A stretch of DNA of 39,715 nt. It comes from a virus (lineage: Duplodnaviria; Heunggongvirae; Uroviricota; Caudoviricetes). Of the stretch, positions 24,819-33,697 are shown in pieces. A program made the position numbers and the translations under genes. The stretch lies in the IMG/VR virus record IMGVR_UViG_2541047728_000019; one strand, 5' to 3'. A model generated the notes under the pieces. It saw only the letters and a list, made by a program, of their open reading frames with translations, was not told the DNA's origin and searched no databases. The stretch's first letter is position 1, and each line of letters opens with the position of its first letter.

Positions 24819-26494
24819 TGTGATTGCCCACCCTGACCACTAACTGCATTCGCCATAGCTGACAAAACACTCGGATCCGAAGTTTTAGCTTCACTTAGCG
24901 TCTTGGCACCCTGTGCCGCCGCCATCCCCATCGCCATCATTTGTTGCTGCTGTTGTTGCTGTGCCCGTTGCTGGCGAGCCTGCTCAACCTGTTCCTGCGG
25001 AACAATGACGGTTGGAGACACTCCGGACATATCAGCGAATGCATCGATCGCCTGATCAACGTTGAGTTTGTCGAGAGCTTCTGGTTTCGCTTGCGCAAGT
25101 TGACCAATGAAGTTAACCGTGGACGCCAGACTGGACAGGCCGATAGACTTCTGCGCCTGAGCCATGACGGAAATGTATTCGACCTTCAGGGGCATGCCTT
25201 CCATCGCGTCAGGCGGTGGCGGCAGCATGTTTTTACGCACCATCATCGAGAAAGAGCGATCAATGAGAGGATTAAGACATTCGTCGTTCAGGCGCTCCAG
25301 AACCGGCCCCAACATCAGAAGTTTTTCTTCTTTCATTTCGATCACCGCTTCCACAGGCATCGAGCGGGTATTGATGTTCTGCAACATCATGAACAGATCG
25401 ACAAAGTAGGCGCTGTTAATGATTTGACGAGTGTCCTGAATGTCTGCCACCAAATCTGCTGTACTGGGGTTAACCAGATAAGCAGGCCTGAAACCATCCT
25501 GACCAGTAATCTGATCGATATACGTGATGTCGCCAGGAAGAAGGGAGGCGCGCTGATTCTTGAGGGAAGTCGGAGCAACCATCGGCGGATTGGTGGCTTT
25601 ATCAATCAACTGCGACTTGCGCTTCTGGAGAAGCTGCAATGCCTTAACAGGTCCAAGCGCCAGCATACCCGGGCATGATGATCCATAAACATCTTCGCCG
25701 TTAACTTCCCAGCGCGGAGCCATAATTGGAAACTCATCGAATCCGGACTCACGCAACAACTTGTCGTTATCGCCACCAACCTCGTAATAAACCGATTTGA
25801 ATGGCTTGTTCTTGCTATCCAGCTTCGATGTATCGCGGTCAATGTTCGGGTAAACCGAATGCATCACTTCAATCCACTTCTCGTAGGTGCCGCTTTCCCA
25901 CATGCTTTTTACGGATTCGCTGACGTTATTTAGCCCGAACTCCTGAACAAGCTGACGAACAGTCATAGAGAACTTGCGAAAACAGGTGTCCACACTGCCA
26001 CGAGGTGAGTTAGCCAGGTAGTAACTGCCTATCGGGAATGGCATTGTGCGAATGATGTCCTCGTCATCCTCCAGCACTGCCATTGCACCAGTGCTGTATG
26101 TGCCGAGGCTTCCGTATAACTGCGGCAGCGACTGATAGAGATTCGACTTATTGAACATATCGTTCATGCGGTTCTGCACCGCCTCAAGCCACAACTTAAC
26201 AGGGCCATAATCCATCATTTCAGGATCTGGCGTAGCCAGGCGAAACCACGGACGCGCGGGGCTTGTGATGCCTGACATCATGCCGCTGGCGAGAGTGCGC
26301 GCCGCCATAGTCCCGGTCGAATCAATAATGCGTGTATTGCGTCGATCGTTACGGTTGACCTCAGAAGTCAGAAAGCGGGAACCACGCGGGTTGATGTAAT
26401 CACTCAACTCGCGCCAGTGCGGCTCGAACGACTGACGCTCGCTTTCAAGTTGTGCGAACTGTTTGTTCAATCGCTCTTTAGTTGTTTCCGCCAT
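24815..26494 (-). CDS. Portal protein, podovirus head-to-tail connector type
   Basis: 559 aa; N-terminal MAETTKERLNKQFAQLESERQSFEPHWRELSDY typical of T7-type connectors; Gln-rich C-terminus; GGAG SD. Confidence 0.9.
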   Translation of the reverse strand: MAETTKERLNKQFAQLESERQSFEPHWRELSDYINPRGSRFLTSEVNRNDRRNTRIIDSTGTMAARTLASGMMSGITSPARPWFRLATPDPEMMDYGPVKLWLEAVQNRMNDMFNKSNLYQSLPQLYGSLGTYSTGAMAVLEDDEDIIRTMPFPIGSYYLANSPRGSVDTCFRKFSMTVRQLVQEFGLNNVSESVKSMWESGTYEKWIEVMHSVYPNIDRDTSKLDSKNKPFKSVYYEVGGDNDKLLRESGFDEFPIMAPRWEVNGEDVYGSSCPGMLALGPVKALQLLQKRKSQLIDKATNPPMVAPTSLKNQRASLLPGDITYIDQITGQDGFRPAYLVNPSTADLVADIQDTRQIINSAYFVDLFMMLQNINTRSMPVEAVIEMKEEKLLMLGPVLERLNDECLNPLIDRSFSMMVRKNMLPPPPDAMEGMPLKVEYISVMAQAQKSIGLSSLASTVNFIGQLAQAKPEALDKLNVDQAIDAFADMSGVSPTVIVPQEQVEQARQQRAQQQQQQQMMAMGMAAAQGAKTLSEAKTSDPSVLSAMANAVSGQGGQSQ

Positions 26495-26508
26495 TTCAAT
26501 GACTCCGG

Positions 26509-26715
26509 TTACTGACCAAGCAGCGTTTTACCGCTGGTATTAGCAGTTGATGTGTCGCCCTGAGAACCGGTAAGCAGCGTAGAACTACGACCAGCAGCAG
26601 CGCGACGGCGACGAGTTTCTTCGTCGCGGGCATCAACAACGGCGGCATCCTGCTCCTGTGGTGCTGCCTGAACTTCTGGTGTTGCAGGCACTGATGGTGA
26701 GCTACCCATGCACAT
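26509..26715 (-). CDS. Small acidic hypothetical protein upstream of portal
   Basis: 68 aa; ATG preceded by GGAG SD; chosen over the overlapping alternative-frame ORF. Confidence 0.4.
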   Translation of the reverse strand: MCMGSSPSVPATPEVQAAPQEQDAAVVDARDEETRRRRAAAGRSSTLLTGSQGDTSTANTSGKTLLGQ

Positions 26716-26753
26716 ATCAATGACTCCGTACGCAATTAAATTATTACCAATTT

Positions 26754-26764
26754 AACCACATATG
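26754..26764 (-). promoter_or_regulatory. Recurrent motif CATATGTGGTT (minus strand) upstream of the portal-proximal unit
   Basis: Lies between palindrome 26806-26820 and the start at 26715. Confidence 0.3.
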
Positions 26765-26805
26765 ATTTATTTATCGTAGACAGTTGACATTTAACGCGCG
26801 AATTA

Positions 26806-26820
26806 TTACCTTTCAGGTAA
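26806..26820. promoter_or_regulatory. Operator-like palindrome TTACC-TTTCA-GGTAA
   Basis: Perfect dyad; TTGACA hexamer at 26784-26789. Confidence 0.55.
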
Positions 26821-27142
26821 CCAAAGAGTTCATTCCGGTTACTAACCTGACTGGCTTGTCGTTAAATTGAACAGGTGGAGTGAGCTTTTATTTTGAGCAG
26901 TACGGCGTATGGCACATGCGCCGATAGCGGTCTGGATGCGTTTAAGGGGCACCCTCCCTGGCTGTGGCAAACGAACCAGGTAGCCGGAATGTGCAAGTCG
27001 AGCGGTTTTATTCCGCGCACGGGGATTCACCATCCCGGCGATTCGGTGTGACGCCTCGGAAGAGACGAGGGTACAACGATGAGAGCATTTATGGAGCCGC
27101 GACAAAGTGTGGCGCCTTAACAGGCTAAGTGCTCTCAGCGTT

Positions 27143-27219
27143 GTGGCATTAGCTCAGTTGGACAGAGCAACCGCCTTCTAAGCGGTTGGTCGCAGGTTCG
27201 AATCCTGCATGCCACGCCA
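27143..27219 (+). tRNA. tRNA-Arg (anticodon UCU, reads AGA)
   Basis: Cloverleaf folded by hand: acceptor GTGGCAT/ATGCCAC, D-arm GCTC..GAGC, anticodon stem ACCGC/GCGGT with loop CTTCTAA, T-arm GCAGG-TTCGAATC-CCTGC, 3' CCA encoded. Confidence 0.85.
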
Positions 27220-27262
27220 GAATCACGCCTAAGGACCGTGATGCCAGAAGTTCCAGGTGCTT

Positions 27263-27305
27263 GGCGGTGATGGTTTCCCTTGAAGGACTATCACCGCCCT
27301 TTTTA
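27263..27305 (+). terminator. Rho-independent terminator downstream of the tRNA
   Basis: ggcggtgat...atcaccgcc stem then CTTTTT. Confidence 0.6.
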
Positions 27306-27382
27306 CAGCAGGACGCCATTGCGATGACTTCATGCTGTAAACCAGTACAGCCACGGAAGGCATAACTCATTGCTTCCAGTTC

Positions 27383-27405
27383 GCCCGGTTCGCCGGGCAT
27401 TTTTT
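27383..27405 (+). terminator. Second hairpin plus T-run just upstream of the Gp49-like gene
   Basis: gcccgg-ttcg-ccgggc then 7 T, followed by RBS. Confidence 0.5.
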
Positions 27406-27417
27406 TAAGGTGAGATT

Positions 27418-27792
27418 ATGAACGACCAGCAAATCGAAAAAGAAATCGTTGAGAAAGGTAAAACGGCACCTCGTGTAACTCCTGAGAAAATTGAAGGTCT
27501 CATTTGCAGTGAGCATTTTTTTACTGCTGCGCAGGGGGATCATCAGGCTAAAGAAGATGACCTTATTTATAATCCAGAGCCTTATGTCGAAGCCACCCCT
27601 GATGCTCTGCACCTTCTCACTTTCTGCGTCCTGGTGCTGCGCAACGGCTTCACCGTCACCGGAGAGAGCGCCTGTGCAAGCCCGGAAAACTTTGATGCAG
27701 AAATTGGTCGGAAGATTGCCCGACAGAATGCTGTAAACAAAATCTGGATGCTTGAAGGTTACTTGCTGAAGCAGAAGTTAAGCGAGCAATAA
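27418..27792 (+). CDS. Conserved phage protein (Gp49/Sf6 gene 66-like family, tentative)
   Basis: 124 aa; LTFCVLVLRNGFTVTGESACASPENFDAEIGRKIA segment; assignment from memory. Confidence 0.6.
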   Translation: MNDQQIEKEIVEKGKTAPRVTPEKIEGLICSEHFFTAAQGDHQAKEDDLIYNPEPYVEATPDALHLLTFCVLVLRNGFTVTGESACASPENFDAEIGRKIARQNAVNKIWMLEGYLLKQKLSEQ

Positions 27793-27812
27793 CACCGTGA
27801 CATATCACAAAC

Positions 27813-27840
27813 AGCCAGCCTATGAGCTGGCTTTGTTTTA
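27813..27840 (+). terminator. Rho-independent terminator after the Gp49-like gene
   Basis: agccagc-ctatga-gctggct then TTTGTTTT. Confidence 0.6.
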
Positions 27841-27882
27841 TCCTCATCAGAGGATATCAACAACATTATCCCCTCAAGCGGA

Positions 27883-29358
27883 TTAAGCATAGGGATCGTA
27901 ATCTGTGATGGCTTTGCCTTGCTGGTTCTGCTGCCCGGGAATTCGCAGACGCTTCGACACAGGGAACGCAAACGTCAGCAGTAGCGCATCGCCTTTACCA
28001 GGAGAACGCCCAAGTCGCTCTTTGATATCTTCCTTCGGTTCGATAACGATTTTACCGTCCACGCGAACTTTGTACTCTGCCGTCGACAGGTCGTCCGCTG
28101 TTTCCTGGTCATCCAGCATGCCGCCGAGCCTCAGCCATGTCTTGCATGAGTTGAACATCTCCCCACGCTTGTTGAGCATCTGCGGGTCAGTAGACGCGCC
28201 ACCGAACGGAACAAGTTGCCATGTACGACCCCAGCCGTCACCGATTGACTTCAAACCGGTTCCGTAACCGAAGTCGATGAACACCGCGTCAGCCTGATAC
28301 TGGTCTTCAAAGTCAGCGATACGCTTCGCCATAATCAGATCGTCGGTAGTCTTGTTGCCAGTCCACAGCACCTTACTGTGTAGCCCCTGCCGCAGGTATA
28401 TCACCGCGTCATCAACGCCGGAGTATGCCGGGTCAACGCCGATTATCACCGGAGCATGTGCCACCTGCGCAGCGGTTACCACCCGTTTCATTGCCTCGTC
28501 AGTAAGACCGGTAGGGATAAACTGCAATTCAGATGCATCAGGGAATATGCCGCGCACACGGATTTTAACGAAGTCGCTGTCTTCCCCGTAGTCATCAACC
28601 CATTTCTGCAACTGCTGTTTGTTAGTGCCTTCCACCGTTCGGCTGTCAATCTGCGCAGTTTTCCAGCGGTGTTTATATTTGCGGAAACATTCGCGGAAAC
28701 GTCCGGTATTACGCGTCGGGTTTCCGAACGCCACCCAGATAATCTCAGTGTCTTCGTCCGTTAGTGCACCCTCGGCAACTTCCCACACCAGATCCGCAAT
28801 GTTCGACGCTTCATCGAATACCACGATGATGCGTTTGCGCTCGTTGTGTAGTCCGGCGAATGCCTCAGTGTTGTGCTCAGACCAGGGGATTGCGTCAGCT
28901 CGCCACCGCTTGTCGTGTCCAGGATCATTGCTGTACATCGCGGTAGCGGTACAGGTAAACCAGTCTTTCGTGATAGCAAGGTTCGACCACTTGATAATTT
29001 CCGGCCAGGTCTTCGTTCGTAGCTGGTTGTCGGTGTTGGCGGTCACCACAACCTTACAATCCTCGCAAGTGGACATGCCCCAGTTGATCAGCATTGAGAT
29101 GAATGCGGATTTACCAATACCGTGACCAGAAGCGCGTGCCAGCATAAGCGGCTGATAACGCGTCTCTGGATTCTGCAGGTGATCACGTATCTCTCGGAAC
29201 GCATCGGCCTGCCACTGACGTGGACCGGTAGCATGTGCCAGTTCAGTCCCCTCTTCCCCCCAAGGGAACGCATAGAGGGCATAGCCAAGCGGATCGTGAG
29301 TGAACCCTGCAATATCTTCGATTAACTGCTCTTCAGGAGATAACGCTGCATCTGTCAC
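27883..29358 (-). CDS. Terminase large subunit
   Basis: 491 aa; ATPase N-half and nuclease-like C-half; GTG start overlapping terS stop. Confidence 0.9.
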   Translation of the reverse strand: MTDAALSPEEQLIEDIAGFTHDPLGYALYAFPWGEEGTELAHATGPRQWQADAFREIRDHLQNPETRYQPLMLARASGHGIGKSAFISMLINWGMSTCEDCKVVVTANTDNQLRTKTWPEIIKWSNLAITKDWFTCTATAMYSNDPGHDKRWRADAIPWSEHNTEAFAGLHNERKRIIVVFDEASNIADLVWEVAEGALTDEDTEIIWVAFGNPTRNTGRFRECFRKYKHRWKTAQIDSRTVEGTNKQQLQKWVDDYGEDSDFVKIRVRGIFPDASELQFIPTGLTDEAMKRVVTAAQVAHAPVIIGVDPAYSGVDDAVIYLRQGLHSKVLWTGNKTTDDLIMAKRIADFEDQYQADAVFIDFGYGTGLKSIGDGWGRTWQLVPFGGASTDPQMLNKRGEMFNSCKTWLRLGGMLDDQETADDLSTAEYKVRVDGKIVIEPKEDIKERLGRSPGKGDALLLTFAFPVSKRLRIPGQQNQQGKAITDYDPYA

Positions 29359-29960
29359 TGATTGCCATCCTGACGTTCTTTCAGTCTCTTCCTGGCTGCC
29401 GCTATGCGATCAGCAATTGTCACATTCACATTAACATCCAGGCGTTCTTTGAATGCATTGACATCGACGTGCTTACCAATCAGTTCGAGGTTCTTCACCT
29501 TGTCAGGCCATTTAATTTTTTTGAGGATTGTCTCTATCGAATCCTCGTCCATGTTCATGATGGTCGATGACAGATCAAAGCCGCTAAGCGTAGTGCGCCA
29601 GATTTTCGGCCACTCGCGGATTGGCTTAAGGCTCCCATCGTCGTTGAGGATATCAATCACGTCCATCTGGTCGATCTCCACCAGGCGCATGAGAACGTAA
29701 TCAGCACTGACGCGCATTCGTTTGTTGCGCTCCTCCATCAACTCGGCAATCCGTTTCTGAATGCGTTCATCGCGCATCATGACACTGGCTTTAACTGCCG
29801 CTGTATTTGGGGAGAATCCTGCATTAATCGCAGCCTGAGTCTGATTTTCAGGCGTTTTGATGTATGACTGGCAATAAGCCTCCTGCATTGCTGTTAGTGG
29901 CTTAAATTGCGTTGATTTGCGTTTATAGGTTTTAGGTTCAGCAGGCATCATAACCACCAT
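29355..29960 (-). CDS. Terminase small subunit (putative)
   Basis: Directly upstream of terL with overlapping stop/start; start uncertain (ATG 29960/29951/29948 or TTG 30029). Confidence 0.7.
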   Translation of the reverse strand: MVVMMPAEPKTYKRKSTQFKPLTAMQEAYCQSYIKTPENQTQAAINAGFSPNTAAVKASVMMRDERIQKRIAELMEERNKRMRVSADYVLMRLVEIDQMDVIDILNDDGSLKPIREWPKIWRTTLSGFDLSSTIMNMDEDSIETILKKIKWPDKVKNLELIGKHVDVNAFKERLDVNVNVTIADRIAAARKRLKERQDGNQ

Positions 29961-30025
29961 GGTAATAGTTACCGTTGTGGTAATAGTACCATGCAAAATA
30001 AAGCCGCCATAGTTGGCGGCAGTAT

Positions 30026-30259
30026 TCAAAGTCCATCAAATTCATCGTAAAAACTCTCGTCAAGATACCCTTCCCATTTACCGCGAATGAAAATTACATC
30101 CTCGCCGCAAGGGTGCTGACTGTCGATAACTATATCCCTCCTGGCGCAACCATACTTATGCATGAGAAATTTAACCTCTTTCGGAAAATTTGCTGAGTTA
30201 TCTCTCATATCTTCAAGGTCGTAGCGTATTTTTGGCATAACACCTTCGTGACATGTCAC
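30026..30259 (-). CDS. Hypothetical protein
   Basis: 77 aa in nin-like block. Confidence 0.5.
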   Translation of the reverse strand: MTCHEGVMPKIRYDLEDMRDNSANFPKEVKFLMHKYGCARRDIVIDSQHPCGEDVIFIRGKWEGYLDESFYDEFDGL

Positions 30260-30597
30260 ACTATTAATTTCGTTTCATGCCAGCCTTTAGTCACCCAGCA
30301 TTGCGAGTCACCATTACACGGGCATGAATTAACGGGAACTCTCTCGCCGCACTTACCGCAAAGTTTTCTGCTGATCGATTTTATACGCCCGCGCACACGT
30401 GCATCATCCTGGCGGATCAGCAGCGCGATGTACTCGGCCATTTCATAGGGATCGTGACCAGGGCGCCGGGCGGCGCAGTTCCGCGCCAGCATTTCCTGCT
30501 CCTGCTTATCCAGCACCAGTTCAATTTTGCGCTCACCGGCGGCGGACTGCCGAGCGCGCTGCGCGGCTTTGCGCTCTGCTGCTGATTTAGCCATCAA
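30256..30597 (-). CDS. Hypothetical protein with C-terminal Cys-rich zinc-finger-like motif
   Basis: CGKCGERVPVNSCPC...C cluster. Confidence 0.5.
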   Translation of the reverse strand: MMAKSAAERKAAQRARQSAAGERKIELVLDKQEQEMLARNCAARRPGHDPYEMAEYIALLIRQDDARVRGRIKSISRKLCGKCGERVPVNSCPCNGDSQCWVTKGWHETKLIV

Positions 30598-30868
30598 TAT
30601 TCACCTTTATAGCGAACACCTTTACCGGTTTATCGCCGAAGTGCGGATGTGTGATTGTCTTGATTTCATATCCGTCATACGGGACGTCAATTCTGCGGCT
30701 GGAATCGTCGCGCTTCGGATATCCCTTTGTGATAATCAGGCGGTCATACTCGCGGAACATAATTCGCTTATTCCAGTAGTCATTGCACAGGCGATACTCT
30801 TCCGTTTTCTCTCCGCGAATCATGGCATCGAAGTATTCACCTTTAACGGCAAGTTGCAGGTTAGCCAC
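30587..30868 (-). CDS. ASCH (PUA-like) domain protein
   Basis: GEKTEEYR matches the ASCH GxKxxExR signature. Confidence 0.6.
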   Translation of the reverse strand: MANLQLAVKGEYFDAMIRGEKTEEYRLCNDYWNKRIMFREYDRLIITKGYPKRDDSSRRIDVPYDGYEIKTITHPHFGDKPVKVFAIKVNIDG

Positions 30869-31148
30869 GACCTTCCTCCTTTGGCTTGTGAATTTGTATC
30901 GTCATGCCGCTTTGAGTGGTGACTACAACGACAGAACCAGGCTGAAGACTGTTAAGATTGAATGCTTCGTAAAACGAAGCCAAGGCCAGCGCTTTTTTAT
31001 TCTTTCGGTTCCACCAACGCCATCCATTGCTACAGGCTACACTGACAATCCACTGTCCACTCCTGTAAGCCATATAAAACCAGATGAGCAAAACCTGAAT
31101 GAATGCTATCCAGTCAATAATCGTATATTTCGCGAAGGAGACCATCAA
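30861..31148 (-). CDS. Hypothetical small membrane protein
   Basis: 95 aa with hydrophobic N-terminal segment. Confidence 0.45.
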   Translation of the reverse strand: MMVSFAKYTIIDWIAFIQVLLIWFYMAYRSGQWIVSVACSNGWRWWNRKNKKALALASFYEAFNLNSLQPGSVVVVTTQSGMTIQIHKPKEEGRG

Positions 31149-31861
31149 TTAACCTCCTGCGGCGGTTCCGGTAGAGGCATCCAGTACAAGGCGTTCCCTA
31201 ACCACGATAAAGTGCCGTCGCTCAACTCCACGTATTCCCCTTGTACCTGTCCTGCCATATACTCGCCGTGCTTTGAATAAATTAAAATCCAATCATCTTG
31301 AGCGGGCATTCGCTCACTACAGCTTATCCAACCATCCGGAGTTACCGGATAGTTGCCAGCCTGAACAGTAGGCATATCAGGACCTTTGCGAATCGCCCTG
31401 GCAAGATCGATTGGGTCGTCGTACAACCAGTCACCTGTTTGCGGATGATTGGCTTCTGCCAATTGTGCAGCCCACTCCAGGCCGTCTTTGTGTCCTTGCA
31501 GATAGTCCAGCGGTAACTCATCACTATTACTTACAGGTTCGGCTTCCAGTTCTGCAATGCGCTTCTCTGCAGCTTCCAGCTCAACACGCAGCTTCCCTAC
31601 CGTTAGCGCAATATCCTCGTTCTCCTGGTCGCGGCGTTTGATGTATTGCTGGTTTCTTTCCCGTTCATCCAGCAGTGCCAGCACGGTTTCTGGTCCGGTC
31701 AGAAATTTGAAGGCGTTGAGCGCATCAATATCCACACCGTAATCTTTAAGTTCCTGTTCACTTAACAAATCATCATCAACTGGCAACATTAACAGGCGAT
31801 CCATTGCCGGAATTGCACGCTCTGCCTCCTCACGCAGTGCCTGATAGTCAATCTTGCTCAC
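31145..31861 (-). CDS. Ead/Ea22-like protein with DUF551-like C-terminal domain
   Basis: Acidic coiled-coil N-half; C-terminal WISCSERMP...WILIY..HGEY pattern. Confidence 0.55.
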   Translation of the reverse strand: MSKIDYQALREEAERAIPAMDRLLMLPVDDDLLSEQELKDYGVDIDALNAFKFLTGPETVLALLDERERNQQYIKRRDQENEDIALTVGKLRVELEAAEKRIAELEAEPVSNSDELPLDYLQGHKDGLEWAAQLAEANHPQTGDWLYDDPIDLARAIRKGPDMPTVQAGNYPVTPDGWISCSERMPAQDDWILIYSKHGEYMAGQVQGEYVELSDGTLSWLGNALYWMPLPEPPQEVN

Positions 31862-32394
31862 TGGTTGCCTCCTTTGCGAAGCTGGGCAGCAAAGTCAACT
31901 AACCACTCAGTCATTTCAACCTTCCCTACCAGGTCTGAACCAGGGTGCATACAGCAATCACTCTGCGCCGCTTTGAAATCCTTATACTCATATTCTTGGG
32001 CCACCAGATTTTTTGCAGCTTCTATAGCAGCATCCACCCCCTGCGCCCGTACTTCAGCCAGGAATGCGTCGGTGGCTGGGGTGTCTGATTGCAGAGACTT
32101 TGCGCGATAGTCATTCCACCCTCTTGCATACATGGGATTAACTTGCACTCCATCTTTTACGCAATATGCCTGACCTCCACGGTTGATAACCTTGATTTCG
32201 CCCATAGCGCCAGACTTCAGCCCCGCATTCTCCACAGCCAGCGCATTAGCACGCACCAGTTGCACTTCCAGTTGCGTTGCCAAATCGCTGAGCAGCTTTG
32301 CCACACTGCGCATATCAACGGCACCACATTCTGCTTTCAGTTCCGAAGCCATCTCATGCCCGTCGGCAACTAACCCTTTGATATTACTTTCCAT
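31858..32394 (-). CDS. Hypothetical protein
   Basis: 178 aa in nin-like block. Confidence 0.5.
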   Translation of the reverse strand: MESNIKGLVADGHEMASELKAECGAVDMRSVAKLLSDLATQLEVQLVRANALAVENAGLKSGAMGEIKVINRGGQAYCVKDGVQVNPMYARGWNDYRAKSLQSDTPATDAFLAEVRAQGVDAAIEAAKNLVAQEYEYKDFKAAQSDCCMHPGSDLVGKVEMTEWLVDFAAQLRKGGNQ

Positions 32395-32455
32395 CTTTAC
32401 CCTCGCTTATCCACATAACTTATTGATTACATTGATAACTAAAAAGATCGTCGAT

Positions 32456-32803
32456 TCAGAACTCTTCGATGTTCCAGCCACCACCTGCTTTCTTTGGTTT
32501 AACCGTTACCCCGATGATTCGGAACGGATACTGATCTGCGGCGACTTTGGTTTTCACCCTGGCGTCGTCGGTCCAGAATCCCCCTTTCACTTCGTGCAGC
32601 TCCATCTCGCCGGTGGCGAGCATCACAGCAAAATCGGGCGTATAGAACGTGTTGTCAGCTAACCGCAGCTTGATACCCTCAAATCGATACCAGACGATTT
32701 CTCCTGCACGTTTACGCATCTCAAGGTGCTGGCAATACGCAGATTCTGTTTTGTTCATCTGGCCTGTTTTGAGTCGACCAAGAGCCTGTATCTGTTTTCT
32801 CAT
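32456..32803 (-). CDS. Small PD-(D/E)XK nuclease-like protein (possible junction-resolvase-like)
   Basis: YTPDF ... ELHEVKGG motif pair. Confidence 0.5.
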   Translation of the reverse strand: MRKQIQALGRLKTGQMNKTESAYCQHLEMRKRAGEIVWYRFEGIKLRLADNTFYTPDFAVMLATGEMELHEVKGGFWTDDARVKTKVAADQYPFRIIGVTVKPKKAGGGWNIEEF

Positions 32804-32806
32804 GAT

Positions 32807-32821
32807 TTACCTCTGAGGTAA
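32807..32821. promoter_or_regulatory. Operator-like palindrome TTACC-TCTGA-GGTAA next to the 32803 start codon
   Basis: Perfect dyad. Confidence 0.55.
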
Positions 32822-32826
32822 TTAAA

Positions 32827-32837
32827 AACCACATAAG
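32827..32837 (-). promoter_or_regulatory. Recurrent motif (minus strand CTTATGTGGTT) between two palindromes
   Basis: Third copy of the YATATGTGGTT family. Confidence 0.3.
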
Positions 32838-32868
32838 ACACGAAATCAATAGAGTTTAGAATATTTTG

Positions 32869-32883
32869 TTACCCAACAGGTAA
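32869..32883. promoter_or_regulatory. Operator-like palindrome TTACC-CAACA-GGTAA
   Basis: Perfect dyad downstream of the replication-operon terminator. Confidence 0.55.
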
Positions 32884-32892
32884 CTATCAAGA

Positions 32893-32915
32893 CATAAAAA
32901 AATGCGCTATCGCGC
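32893..32915 (-). terminator. Weak rho-independent terminator after the replication genes
   Basis: Short gcgc-gata-gcgc stem plus 7-nt U-run on the minus transcript. Confidence 0.4.
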
Positions 32916-32920
32916 TGGTA

Positions 32921-33697
32921 TTACTTGATAAATCCTGCCGCCTTTCCCCGCCTGTATTCCTCCATCAGCCACTGCGCCGGTGTTATTCCCCCAAGGGTGG
33001 CGGCGTTAGGCATGCACCCGAAACTTCGCCCTGGTGGATGGTAAACGTCTCTCCCTGTGTCCGGAGGCGTACTCATGGGTTCTGGCTTTGCCTGTATGCT
33101 GATCACCGGATCCGGTATCTGCTGTCCGGAAGCCACCTTTTTCGCCCAATCATCGAGCAGCCTGCGCGCGTGTTTCTCAACCTCAATCTCGCTAAGCTGG
33201 CGCTGATACATTGCACGGCGGGTATCACATACGACCCAGTACATAACCGGATGTCGCCACGGGAATCTTTCGGGACCACCAGGATATAAACTTTTTTCCT
33301 TGCTGTACCGGTGAAACTCCGCCATCACATCGTCAATGGTGACGCCAAGAACCATCTTGCTGTCTTTACACCACTTGATGAATTGCCCTGGCGACGGCCA
33401 GAACGGAGACTCACTGGCGCGGGCGTGGCGCATACCAGCGTTAACCTGTTCCATTGTAGTGATCCCATTCTCCAGAAACGCAAGCATCCATTGCTTACGG
33501 AATTCATTAAGTTTGTTCTGCTCCCTTATGGTCGAAACGCTTGCGGGAAATGCAGCCTGTAACTGGACAAATAGTTCATTGAAAATTCTAGCGACCTGCT
33601 CCTTTTTGCCATTGCTGTCACGCCGCTCTTCATGCACAGCAACACCATGCTCACGTAAGCGATCGTACTCATTGAGAAGTTCTGGAGTTGATTTCAT
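32921..33697 (-). CDS. Putative replication protein
   Basis: 258 aa downstream of DnaT-like gene in early-right operon; function by position only. Confidence 0.5.
   Translation of the reverse strand: MKSTPELLNEYDRLREHGVAVHEERRDSNGKKEQVARIFNELFVQLQAAFPASVSTIREQNKLNEFRKQWMLAFLENGITTMEQVNAGMRHARASESPFWPSPGQFIKWCKDSKMVLGVTIDDVMAEFHRYSKEKSLYPGGPERFPWRHPVMYWVVCDTRRAMYQRQLSEIEVEKHARRLLDDWAKKVASGQQIPDPVISIQAKPEPMSTPPDTGRDVYHPPGRSFGCMPNAATLGGITPAQWLMEEYRRGKAAGFIK

Noticed and set aside
24815-26494. P22-type virion module (because of the Arc/Mnt/Ant island)
   Set aside because: Portal is 559 aa with a T7-type connector N-terminus, and the downstream order (tubular A/B-like, internal proteins) is T7-like, not P22-like.
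26842-27105. ORF 26842..27105 (-) and alternative-frame ORF 26496..26735 (-)
   Set aside because: Arg-rich products with no RBS, overlapping the tRNA leader or competing with the better-supported 26509..26715 frame.
26880-27140. Second tRNA upstream of tRNA-Arg
   Set aside because: No D-loop or T-loop (GTTCRANYC) signatures apart from the single tRNA at 27143..27219.
12140-29312. Numerous ORFs antisense to or nested within large virion genes (for example 20883..21587, 21392..22282, 24941..25678, 28619..29125)
   Set aside because: Fully overlapped by long, well-supported structural genes; typical spurious ORFs.
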